A DNA stretch of 64,000 bases from Octopus vulgaris (Eukaryota). The stretch is taken from assembly GCA_951406725.2 (NCBI GenBank), contig OX597833.1, positions 22,444,001 through 22,508,000 of the forward strand. Reading direction: 5' to 3'. This document shows positions 38,262-50,280 of the stretch, piece by piece. Every line of letters starts with the position of its first letter. The first letter of the stretch is position 1. The translations under genes were made by a program, and so were the position numbers. Under the pieces are notes generated by a model. The model was not told the origin of the DNA. It saw nothing but the letters and a program-made list of their open reading frames with translations, and searched no databases.

Positions 38262-38435
38262 TGATCAGCAAGCGGAAGTGGCTGACCTCCCCTGTTTGAA
38301 TGAACACAGGTTCATGTGTCACATAGCTAGCTAGAGGCGATGGCCTCTTGGAGCTAATCAACGGCAGCATTCGTCCTATATTTCTGGACTGCCATATTAA
38401 CTTGGTGATAACTATTAATATATATATATATATAT

Positions 38436-38998
38436 GCATATATGGGTACAGGAGTCACCAATAGTAAACAACATGAAATACGAGAGACATAGAAAATGGT
38501 GAAAGGGTTTATCTGTCTCTCTGTCCCCCTCTTTCTCTTTCTCTCTCTCGTTGCTCACACATGACCATTGTCCATCTTTCTTTTCCTGCACGGACCTTCT
38601 AAGGATTGGACGTCTCCTATCTTTTCTCTTTTAAAAGAAAATATTTCTCTCAGCATTCAGAATTTTCTCCTTGTTCTGGTCTAATGACCCTCCATGTTTG
38701 TTTTTGTTCGGTTTCCTTGTATGTCTCCACCGTCCTGTTTTTGTTCCTAAGTTGGCTTGCCATAAATCCAAAATTTTATTTTTGGTATTTATGGGAGCGA
38801 CTGTCTTCGAAGATTCATATTGTCATTGATTGCTCGAAATGGGGAGTAGATAGACAGCTGACAACTGATAAGGGGTTGTTCTTTGTAATACTTGTCCTGT
38901 TTTCCAATTTTTTCTCTCATTGTTTGCATATTTAACTCATTTGTTTTTGCATTTCATGTTGTTTACTGTTGGTGACATCCTGTAACCATATATGCATA
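38436..38998. mobile_element. Repeat fragment bounded by ~45-bp inverted repeats
   Basis: GCATATATGGGTACAGGAGTCACCAATAGTAAACAACATGAAAT versus ATTTCATGTTGTTTACTGTTGGTGACATCCTGTAACCATATATGC. Confidence 0.65.
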
Positions 38999-39065
38999 TA
39001 TACACACACATACACATATATATTATTTATATTATATATGTATATATATATATATATATATGTAT

Positions 39066-39330
39066 ATCTTTATATATATAAAACTGAGAATGTGTGTGTG
39101 TCTGTCTGTCTGTGTGTTTCCCTAAAATTTGAGAATTACACAACCAATTTCATTCAAATTTTACACATGCCTTACTTAGGGTCCATGTAGTTTCATGGGC
39201 AAAAAAAATGTTCAACTTCTTGCCTAGAGCGAGCCCATAGCAATATCATATCTTCTCCACTATTTCAGTATTACGTGTTAAAAGTGAAACAAACACATTT
39301 CTCTAGTTTATGTCAGATACTTTCACTTTA
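39066..39330 (+). mobile_element. Probable 5' fragment of a non-autonomous Helitron
   Basis: A|TCTTTATATATATAAAA...(TG/TCTG)n...CAACCAATTTCATTCAAATTTTACACA has the same architecture as the Helitron 5' end at 58763. No matching 3' end located. Confidence 0.5.
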
Positions 39331-40486
39331 ACAATAAAAATAATAATAACAATTGAATTATATGTAGTAAATAATAATTAAAATCAAACTAAAGTATAAT
39401 ATTATCGTAACATAACAAAAGTAAAAATATAGCAATTGGTATAAAATTGCATCAATGACTTAAACTTGAATCAGAGGTTTCACATGAATGGGAATAAATA
39501 AAAAATAAAATTTAAGTGCAGAAATGGAATAGTCCAGATGGAGGTGTGCACGGCTTTTACATTAGATTATTTGCTAATTAGCTAGCATTAAGCATTCTAC
39601 TGAGTACCGCTGTTAGTTTATTTCTGATCCATAAAGGCCTATAGCTTCAACAGAGTACTGCTTTTTGGTTTACCGTAAGGTTTGTTGTTATTATTATTTC
39701 TGTTTAACTATTGTTATCACGTTTGTTGGTTCCTCGTAAGGGAAGCGTTGTTGTGTTGCATTTGTTAAATAATTGTAAACCGTAACCCTCCCCCTTTACA
39801 CGGAATTTGAATTTAAAATTATCATTATCTTCCTCATGGTTGGTCAATTGAGAGCCGCCCGACCTCCACCACACCGCACAAGCAAAACATACACATCCAC
39901 ATCTAACCCTAAACCCACACATCCACACAGAAACTCACACGCACATGCACACACACATGAATACACCCCGACACATCCCTACACATTCAATAAATTGCAG
40001 AGTGCATCTCTGTCATCGCATGGCTTATAGACAAATCAGTACAGGCAGCAGTGTCTAACACTAACACACACACTCACACGCACATCCGCATATACGCATA
40101 AATATTAATACACTTTCCTATACTGTGTCAGAGAACTTTCACACACACATATATATATTTAAATATATATCTGCGCACTCATACGTACAAATAAAACCTA
40201 TATTTATATCCACCCATGAATGAATATTCGCATATACATATATACATATCCAAGTACGCACCTGCGTGCTCATATGTGCAATAAAAACATACATCCGTAC
40301 ATCCACCCAGGATCATACCTATATGTACAAAAACATACATACATACACATACACATTTTCACACACCTACAGAGGTTACTATTAATTTAGAATAAGTTTA
40401 TTAATTATAAATTAAATTAATTATAGATTAGTAAGTGCCAAATAAACAAAAATAAATAATTAAATAAATAAATATATATATATATA

Positions 40487-40754
40487 TCCGGCACCTGTGT
40501 CGGTGGCACATAAAAACACCATCCGAGCATGGCCGTTCGCCAGCCTCGTCTGGCACCTGTGTCGGTGGCACATAAAATCACCCACTACACTCTCGGAGTG
40601 GTTGGCGTTAGGAAGGGCATCCAGCTGTAGAAACACTGCCAGATCTGACTGGCCTGGTGCAGCCTTCGGGCTCCCCAGACCCCAGTTGAACCGTCCAACC
40701 CATGCTAGCATGGAAAGCGGACGTTAAATGACGATGATGATGATGATGACGATG
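40487..40754 (+). mobile_element. Solo RTE 3' UTR (heavily 5'-truncated LINE) with (GAT)n tail
   Basis: Matches 46330-46588 (GGTTGGCGTTAGGAAGGGCATCCAGC...CCATGCTAGCATGGAAA...GATGATGAT). Confidence 0.88.
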
Positions 40755-41478
40755 TATAGATAAATAGATAAATAAAATGGAATACAAATTAAGGAGGGCA
40801 CAAAGATAAACCTAATATAGTAAGTATAAGTGGATACGCTGGAATGCACCCACATGCACATACATGTGCATGCACGCCTCCGCACAGACACGCGAGTTCA
40901 AGGCTGGGTACACCCGCACACGTCCCTCTCGCACACATGATCACCAAGATACACACAAGAACACGCGTACAAGTACACGCGAATGTCCACAAGCACAGCA
41001 CGCGGGAGTGCACACGTTAATGCACATGCACGGACGTGCCCGCGCCTGCGCACGCTGGCGCACAAACTCCAGTTCGGTGCCATCCGGGCCCACGCCTGTG
41101 CCGCAGAAATCGCACAACCCCCAACAAACCAACCGTAAAAAAAAAAAAGCCCACCTTATATGCTCATCGAGATAAACAACTTATAGTAATTATAGACTCT
41201 TACATATTACATATTGGTATAGTAAAAACTCAAACTAGTGCCCTAAGATATGATGCGCATATACATCTTACACCTATAAAAGACTCTGTGGGGTTCCGAA
41301 TATCATGCATATATCAGAATAACTATATATTTTTGTATATTTTTCCAGTCGGGATAGAAACAATCAATGTAGAACACATACATGGAGACACAAAAGTTAT
41401 AAATTATAAATTGTAAGGACCAATAGTACAGTCCTATATAGATGAATGCTAAAAGGTTACTGGTAGAAGAATTAGATG

Positions 41479-42597
41479 TTATTTAAATCTAGAGAAAGTG
41501 TACGCCAATTTGTGAAGGCAAAAAAAATTTCGCTCATTAATGCTGTTAATAATGGGTTGGCTGACTTTGATGATGAAGAAAATTTCATTGATACATAAAG
41601 AGCATTTTTTATTTCTACTATTGTATACAGGTGCAGATGTTAGTATTTCCCAATCTAATTTAAAATCTATGTTCTTACTCTTGAGTTCCCAGATATACGT
41701 ACTTAACCCCGTAGAGTTCATCCTATTTTTATTTTTAAAAGTATATCTATGATAGTTTAGCCGTTGTTTTATACTAATTTTAGTCGCACCAATGTACACC
41801 CTGCTATTATATTGTGTATTTACAGTGCATTGGTAAACCACCTCTCTCCTCAGGCATTTATTACCAAACACACATTGATTCATGCTTCTGCAATTTCAGC
41901 CATTAACAGACTGAGGAGATTTAACCCTGGCAGAAATCTCCGTAGCCCTATTTCTGTTGATATTATTGCACTTATTTTCACTACTACCCATGTTTATCTT
42001 TCTATCATTATAGAAGCAATCCAATTTCTTGTTGTTGAAGGAGGAGATGATGGTGGCTAGATTATTCGTGTTACTATATCCTATTCTAATAGTTCTATTG
42101 TTAATTATTTGGCTAAATTTATTCTTACCCTTAGTAAATAGTCTACATATTACTTTATGTATAGTTCTGACTATATCCGTTTTAATCTGCATTGCATATG
42201 GTATTATTAGTCATAGTGTATCGTCATCACTATGTGGATTACTCCTCAAGTTGTTATTCTTGGGAAAAACTCTATTATTCTTCCAACCCATATGCTTTCT
42301 ACCCTTAGTATTGTCAATATAATGCCTAGAATTCCCCTTTAGATTGGTTTTATTAGTGACTTTATTGTTATTCTTCTTATTATTATTGTTTAGATGAACT
42401 CCATTATTACCATAAATATTATCAATGTTACTATGCCTATTGTTAATATCCCTACTCCTAGTAGTTCCACCTGTGTTCGAAGGATTATTATTGGGTATAT
42501 ACCAAATTTTATTTTTGTAGCCTGCCTTCAGCAATGCTGTGTTGTATTTTTCCCAATGCTTATTGAATATGTCCTCGTTTGAGGATAGATAAGAGAG
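41479..42597 (-). pseudogene. Penelope-like retroelement ORF 3' part: RT thumb, Cys linker and C-terminal GIY-YIG endonuclease
   Basis: One continuous frame: LSSNEDIFNKHWEKYNTALLKAGY ... IPYAMQIKTD...IINNRTIRIGYS ... G*NCRSMNQCVFGNKC ... VVYQC...VYIGAT...QRLNYH...STGLSTYIW...CSLCINE...CLH. Only two in-frame stops (TGA at 42211 and 41896). Confidence 0.9.
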
Positions 42598-43089
42598 GTC
42601 GGGCGGCTCTCAATTGACCAACCGTGAGGAAGATAATGATAATTTTAAATTCAAATCCATAAGGAAAATTACTAATTGGAACCCGGACATACATATATAC
42701 CGCTCTGGATCCTAATGTAAGCGTTATTAATAATATTATGAATGATAATAATGGTAACATTAATGGTATTGACAACGATAATGATGCTAACTTTAATGAC
42801 AATTTAGAAATTATTATGAAGTAATATAATGTACTATTGACTATGTATATTTGCATCTAGGTACTAATTTGTGTATGTTTATTATCACAATATTAAGTCG
42901 AAAAACTGAGACATTGAATGTGGAACACATATATATGTTTACTAATTTATATTATTTATTTATATCATTATGTATATGTATATTTTTATATGTATAAGAG
43001 TGTGAGTATATGCACTCATATGTATATGTATATGTTGTATTATGGGTATGCACCCACACCCATGTGGGTATATATGTAGACTGATTTAT

Positions 43090-43229
43090 ATTACATAATC
43101 TCCGAAGAGGGCTTATGATATTTTTGTAAATGTCTCATTTATATCTATATATTGACCAACCATAAAGGGCTAATATTGGTAAAATGAGACATACTTATCT
43201 ACATGGCCGAAACAGCTGTAAGATGTAAT
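43090..43229 (+). ncRNA. Hammerhead ribozyme-like motif (type I, extended stem II) at the end of the Penelope-like element
   Basis: ATTAC-ATA-ATCT / AGAT-GTAAT stem I; core CCGAAGA (U4C variant) and GAAA; palindromic ACAGCTGT stem III; GUA triplet; 11-bp ATGTCTCATTT/AAATGAGACAT helix within stem II. Confidence 0.6.
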
Positions 43230-43422
43230 CTATACTTATATTTATATTCTCTTTTATATGTATTCTACTTATTATACAACATTACTCTTTTATGTACACT
43301 TTTTTATGTACATTCCTTTATGTACACTGATTTGTTCTGCTTTTTATATTTAACCCTACAGTCTCTTATGTGGTGGTTTAATAAAGTATGTGATTGAGTA
43401 TTATCTGGTAATTGATATTTGA

Positions 43423-46400
43423 ACGAACGACAGAGACCTTCTCTTTGTGGCTGGTGACTTCAATGGTCACGTTGGACGACATGCTGGGGGCTTCCATGGC
43501 GTACATTGAGGCTATGGCTATGGCTCCCACAACGAGGAGGGAACCAGGCTGCTGGAGTTCTGCGATGCAAATAATCTTATGATTTGCAACACTAACTTCA
43601 GGAAACCTACCAGCCACCTAGTCACTTACCGATCGGGCCAACATACCAGCCAAATTGACTACATCCTTGCAAGGCACAGGGAGAGATGGCTGCTTATAAA
43701 TGCCAAAACCTTCCCAGGCGAAGAATGTATCCCACTACATAGACTGGTAGTTAGTGACTTTAGGATCAGGACTAGGAGGACAACCAGAAGACGACCAATA
43801 TGGAGAAGAAGGATCTGGAAGCTTAAAGATCCTGCAAATGGACAGAGATTTAGGGACATATTACTTGAAGCCTTTGACGAAGTAGAAGGGGATAGAGCAT
43901 CACAGGGGGTAGAAGACAACTGGACGTTTCTAAGGGACAACCTGCTGAGAGCCACTGACCAGATCTGTGGCTGGTGCAAAGTCCCCTCTCGACCTAGAAT
44001 AACGTGGTAGTGGAACAATATTGTAGACAGGGCTATTAGAGAAAAGAGACAGGCTTGGAAGGTCTGGAAAAATGGGGGTAGCAGGGAATTGTATCAGACT
44101 GCCAAAAGAGAAGCTAGGAGACAGGTTTATTTCGCCAGAGGGGAAGCAGATAAGAAAAAATTTGCCAATGTTCTGCGCCGTGAGGACCAAAGACTGGAGG
44201 TGTTTCGCGTTGCAAGACAGTGTGTGAGAGAGAATCGTGATGTGGTAGGAGAGAAGTGTGTTCGCATGGAAGATGGTTTACTTGCGCTAAATGAGGATGC
44301 AAAGAGAGAGGTTTGGAGACGCCACTATGAAAGGTTGCTGAATAAAGAAAATGAATGGGATAAAGAGAGTCTGCCGAATGTTGACCCAACAGAGGGACCA
44401 GCTATCCGAGTTGATAGTTCCGTGGTAGCTAAGGCAATTAGAAGCATGAAGACAGGGAAAGCCCCAGGCCCATCAGGAATCACTGCAGAGATGCTCAAAA
44501 TGTCTGGTAGTGTCGGCTATAGCCTAGTCACCCGTATAGTTAATCAGGTGATACACAAAGGAGTCATACCCAATGACTGGTGTAGCAGCATAATAGTCAA
44601 CTGCTACAAGGGTAAAGGTGACGCCCTAGATACAAATAACTACAGAGGTATCAAGCTGTTGGATCAGGTGATGAAGGTTACGGAAAGGGTCATAGTCCAA
44701 CTAATTAGAGAGAGAGTTAGTTTAGATGAGATGCAGTTTGGGTTTGTGCAAGGGAAAAGTACCCCTGATGCTATATTCCTGGTAAGGCAGCTGCAGGAGA
44801 AATACCTAGCCAAAGATAAGCCCCTGTACCTGGCTTTTGTTGACATGGAGAAAGCTTTCGACAGGGTCCCCCGATCCCTTATCTGGTGGTCAATGAGGAA
44901 ACTAGGGATAGATGAATGGTTAGTGAGAGCTGTGTGGGCCATGTATAGGGACGCTGCTAGTAAGGTAAGGGTTGGCAACGAGTACAGTGAAGAATTCCGG
45001 GTAGAGGTTGGGGTCCACCAAGGCTCAGTCCTCAGCCCCCTCCTATTTATCATAGTCCTCCAGGCAATAACGGAGGAATTCAAGACAGGATGCCCTTGGG
45101 AGCTCCTCTATGCTGATGACCTTGCTCTAATTGCTGAGTCGCTATCAGAACTGGAGGAGAAGTTTCAGGTGTGGAAACAAGGATTAGAATCGAAGGGCCT
45201 TAGAGTCAATCTAGCTAAAACCAAAGTCGGAAGGTAGAAAAATCACAAACGCCTTCAGGTAGATGGCCCTGCTCGATCTGTAGAAAAGGTGTAGGTAGAA
45301 ACTCTATAAGATGCACCAAGTGTAAGCTATGGACACATAAGAGGTGCAGCAATGTCAAAGGAAGGCTAACATGGAAGATGGTTTTTGTATGTGGCAGATG
45401 CTCAGGAACAATAAACACTGAAAATGCTCTGAGACCAACTTCCGTCACTTTCCAGGGAGAAAAACTAGAAATAGTTGATAGTTTCCATTACCTAGGTGAC
45501 CAAGTCAGCAGCGGGGGCGGGTGTGCTGAAAGTGTAACTGCTAGAGTAAGAATAGCTTGGGCAAAGTTCAGAGAGCTCTTACCTCTGCTGGTGACAAAAG
45601 GCCTCTCGCACAGAGTAAAAGGCAGACTGTATGATGCGTGTGTACGATCAGCCATGCTACATGGCAGTGAAACATGGGCCGTGACTGCTGAGGATATGCG
45701 TAAGCTCGCAAGAAATGAAGCCAGTATGCTCCGATGGATGTGTAATGTCAGTACTCATACTCGGCAGAGTGTAAGTACCTTGAGAGAAAAGCTGGACCTA
45801 AGAAGCATCAGTTGTGGTGTGCAAGAGAGACGTTTGCGCTGGTATGGTCATGTGGCGAGAATGGATGAAGATAGTTGTGTGAAAAAGTGTCACACCCTAG
45901 CGGTTGAGGGAACCTGCGGAAGAGGCAGACCCAGGAAAACCTGGGACGAGGTGGTGAAGCATGACCTTCGAACTTTAGGTCTCACTGAGGAAATGACTAG
46001 AGACCGAGACCTCTGGAAGTGTGCTGTGCACGACAAGACCCGGCAGGACAAGTGAGTCCATAACCCGTGGCCTTCTACATGGGATGGAGCCAGCCTACGT
46101 ATGCATACCTTCCCTTCTTGGGACACAAAACCCTACTTGTGAAGACCTGTTGAGGCAAGTGAGGATCAGAATCGAAATCGATCAATGGAAATTGCAGATG
46201 TGTTACCAGTGCCGGTGGCATGTAAGAGAACCATCCGTTTGCGACCGTTGCCAGCGCCGCCCCGACTGGCCTCGTGCCGGTGGCACGTAAAAAGCACCAT
46301 CCGTTCGTGTTCGTTGCCAGCCTCGCCTGGCCCCCGTGTCGGTGGCACATAAAAAGCACCATCCGTTTGTGGCCGTTTGCCAGCTCTGTCTGGCACCTGT

Positions 46401-46588
46401 GCGGGTGGCACGTAAAAAGCACCCACTACACTCACGGAGTGGTTGGCATTAGGAAGGGCACCCAGCCGTAGAAACACTGCCAGATCTGACTGGGCCTGAT
46501 GAAGCCTTCTGGCTTCACAGACCCCAGTTGAACCGTCCAACCCATGCTAGCATGGAAAACGGACGCTAAACGATGATGATGATGATGT
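43423..46588 (+). mobile_element. 5'-truncated RTE-clade LINE: APE endonuclease C-half, reverse transcriptase, Cys/His finger, 3' UTR and (GAT)n tail; inactivated
   Basis: VAGDFNGHVG and SQIDYIL (APE); KAPGPSG, NYRGIKLL, QFGF, FVDMEKAFDRV, GVHQGSVLSPLLF and YADD (RT); GRGRPRKTW and DRDLW (C-terminus). Stops at 43507 (TGA) and 44008 (TAG), frameshift at ~45230, ORF end 46055. Confidence 0.96.
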
Positions 46589-46633
46589 ATTTCTCCATTT
46601 TCTTATCTTGTATATATATATATATATATATAT

Positions 46634-47922
46634 ATCATCATCATCATCATCATCATCATCATCGTTTAACGTCCGTTCTCCATGCTAGCATGGGTTGGAC
46701 GGTTTGACCGGGGTTCTGGGAAGCCAGAAGGCTGCACCAGGCTCCAGTCTAATCTGGCAATGTTTCTACAGCTGGATGCCCTTCCTAACGCCAACCACTC
46801 CGTGAGTGTAGTGGGTGCTTTTACGTGCCACCTGCACAGGTGCCAGGCGAGGCTGGCAACGGCCACGGTCAGATTGGTGTATTTTATGTGCCACCGGCAC
46901 GGAAGCCAGTTGAGGCGGTGCTGGCATCGGCCACGAGTCGGATAGTGCTTTTTACGTACCACCAGACCAGGGATCCTGGCTGGTTCAATTCGGTTTCGAT
47001 TTCGCTTGCCCCAACATGTCTTCACAAGCAAAGGGGGTTGGCATGGGTGCCTGTCGTACGGTCGCATTGGAGTATTTTACGTGCCACGGCCACGAGTCGG
47101 ATAGTGCTTTTTACGTACCACCAGGCCAGGGATCCTGGCTGGTTCAATTCGGTTTCGATTTCGCTTGCCCCAACATGTCTTCGCAAGCATGGGGGGCTGG
47201 CATGGGTGTCTGTCGTCGGATGAGGTTCTATATCGACTTCGCTTGCCTCAACAGGTCTTTGTGTCCAAGGGAGGAAAGGCATTCATAAGTGGGCTGGGCT
47301 CACTTGTCCTGCTGTCTGGTCTTCTCACGTACAGAGTATTTCCAAAGGTCTCGGTCGCTGGTCATTTCCTCAGTGAGGCCTAAAGTTCGAAGGTCGTGCT
47401 TCACCACCTCGTCCCAGGTTTTCCTGGGTCTACCTCTTCCACGGGTTCCCTCAACTGCTAGGGATTGGCACTTTCTCACACACCTATCTTCATCCATTCT
47501 CGCCACATGACCATACCAGCGCAATCGTCTCTCTTGCACACCACAACTGATGCTTCTTAGGTACAACATTTCTCTCAAGGTGCTAACGCTCTGTCGAGTA
47601 TGTACACTGACATTACACATCCATCGGAGCATACTGGCTTCATTCCTCACGAGCTTACGCATGTCCTCAGCAGTCACGGCCCATGTTTCGCTGCCATGTA
47701 GCATGGCTGTTCGTACACACGCATCATACAGTCTGCCTTTTACGCTGAGCGAGAGGCCTTTAGTCACCAGCAGAGGTAAGAGCTCCCTAAACTTTGCCCA
47801 GGCTATTCTTATTCTAGCAGTTACACTTTCAGCGCACCCACCCCCACTACTGACTTGGTCACCTAGATAATGGAAGCTATCAACTACTTCTAGTTTTTCT
47901 CCCTGGAAAGTGACGGAAGTTG
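46634..47922 (-). mobile_element. Second 5'-truncated RTE LINE, tail-to-tail with the first
   Basis: ORF 47300-47920 (TSVTFQGEKLEVVDSFHYLG...GRPRKTWDEVVKHD) is nearly identical to 45440-46055; (CAT)n tail at 46634-46663. Confidence 0.95.
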
Positions 47923-50280
47923 TTTTCTGCAGTATATATACACATATACACTCATACACATATGCATAATATATGGGAATAGCCACCCTCATGGCTTTCC
48001 TTGCTTAAATACATTCATATATGTCTATATATATCTACATATACAGACATTGAACTTGAGGTATTTACATGATGCTCACTTGCCACTACCCACATTAACA
48101 GTGGTGGATTTAGCTATCTGTATCTGAATTCTGCCACCCGAAGAAGCAATTTACCACTTCATTTTTGAAGCCTGCATCATCCCCAGCATAATTAGGCAGG
48201 TTATAAATCTAGGAGCACAAATTTCTTTGAATATTGCCATGAACATATTTATGCATATATACGTGCACACACACACACAGAGCATTACTGATTAGTGTTA
48301 TTGAACATGTAAGGGTAAAAGTGGAAGCTCTTCGAATGCTTGATGTTGAAGTACACCAATCTAAAATTTTTTCATCTCTGTTGGAATTCTATTTTTCTTG
48401 TTTCCAATCAATAAAAATTATTTTCCTATAGTGCTTTTCAATAATACTGAAATTGTTCCCAGTAATCCATTAAAGGCAGCTCTGAAAAATGAGTCTTGAA
48501 ACTTGATTTAAAATTACTATGGGGCTTAATTTTGCCATATCTTTAAATATATCACTTCTTGAAAGAAGTCTATGTTTTGATTGTCTAATAGCTCCTTCTA
48601 GTTTAGTCAGCTTGTCTTTGACATTTTTTATTTCTATAAGAGATTCATCGTTACTCTCTTGTTGGAACATATACTTCATTCTGTTAGGAATTTAATTCCC
48701 CAAACAACATCATTAAATTGTCATTTCTGATAATTGGCACCATACAGCCTATTGTTAAAACTCTTGTAATGCATGAGTAATTTTTGGTGTAGTTCATATG
48801 GATTAGCTTTAGTTTGTGGGAAAAACTACACAATCTTTCAAATTTCTGTACAAGTGTTGTAAATTCAGGAAAATAAGTTTTAAATGTCCTTACTTTGAAT
48901 CTTGTATCAAACTTTAATTTTGTTAAGTTAAATATATTAAAATAAACCTGAAATTCTTCTCAGTTCATCAAAATATCTATAATATTATTCTACACATTCC
49001 TGTGTTACTGTCTGTTAAGGAGAGTAATAACTCAAATGGAGAAATATATATGGAGAGAGACGTGGGAGATAGGGAGACAATGAAATGGAAATAGTGGAAT
49101 CACTGAAATAACCAAAAGGGAAAACACAAAATAGAGGAAGAGAAAGAGAGAGAGAGAGAGAGATGTCTATATTATTAAAGTTAGGGTGAGGGAGAGGGTC
49201 AATATTATTCTACATATGTGTGTTAGAATTGCAGACACAATTGAAATGTTTAACATAATGAAACAATGCCACGAAGATCTATAAATTTACACTTAAAAAG
49301 ATATATCAATAGATATAAAATAGATATCAATAGATTAACGTGAAATACCCTTAGTTAGCAAATAGCTGTGGAAGTTACACTTTTGTCTTTTATGTGTTCC
49401 AGACCAAAACCTGTGGCCATGCTGGGGCACCACTATTTTTTTTTTTTTTTTGTACAGTTTAAATGCTTAGCAGTATTGTGAAAGTAAACAGATACACAAC
49501 CAGTAGAAGGGAAAGTTGGGATAGTTATTTAGAAGGACAGAGAGACAGAAGTAGCAGGTAGGTGAGCCTACCAATATATATCAAAAGTTGTGCAAATAGA
49601 CAGATATATTAATAGATAGATCACTAAACTGAAGTGAAATGAAAAGAACTGAAAATAATCTCCATCAGTAAATAACTTAGACTGACAATTGTTGGTGGTT
49701 GGACAATGAAAAATATAGTTTGTTTACATATTTCATTTTTAAAATTCCCGAAACCAACAGACAAAGCAAAGAAGATAAAACTCTTACAAAAAATGTTGTT
49801 TATAAAGAGGCGCTGAGAGAGTAAATCTAGAATTTTGCTAATCTGATGCAATTCATATTACATTCAGTTCATACAGTTTGTAGAGTGTTTTCTCTGATCA
49901 CACACAAAGCCTGTTTCATATACATTTAAATTAGTTCATGTTTTGTATTTCTGTTTATATATGTATGGCATAATAGTTTGTATAGTTCAGTTTATAACGT
50001 AGAATGTTTGTATCTACTTCAGTGAGTAAGCTCATGTCTTTTCATGAGCACATATAATCGTATGAAATATTTCTCCTCATTTTGCTGTAATTAAAACAGT
50101 GAGGAATTTCAAAGAGCAGAAATCCTATGTTTGATGGTGGTTTTGACACCTGTTGAATACATAATACCAGCAAATGACAGACACATTAGAGATGCACATT
50201 GAAAGGTGACACATCTTTTGGTCTAGTCCACATAGAGTTGTTGCATCCTACCATATTTGAAGCACCATCAGAGACAAACT

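Larger units (their letters stand above)
37851..38418 (+). mobile_element. Tandem ~351-bp hammerhead-containing repeat (non-LTR retrozyme-like), ~1.6 units
   Basis: Direct repeat with offset 351 (TTGATAACAGG at 37870 and 38221), each copy carrying a hammerhead fold. A third copy lies inverted at 50858-51147. Confidence 0.75.

Noticed and set aside
48300-48950. Minus-strand coding-like segment (ORF 48470-48679)
   Set aside because: Short, surrounded by stops and without a recognisable motif; cannot be assigned without a database search.
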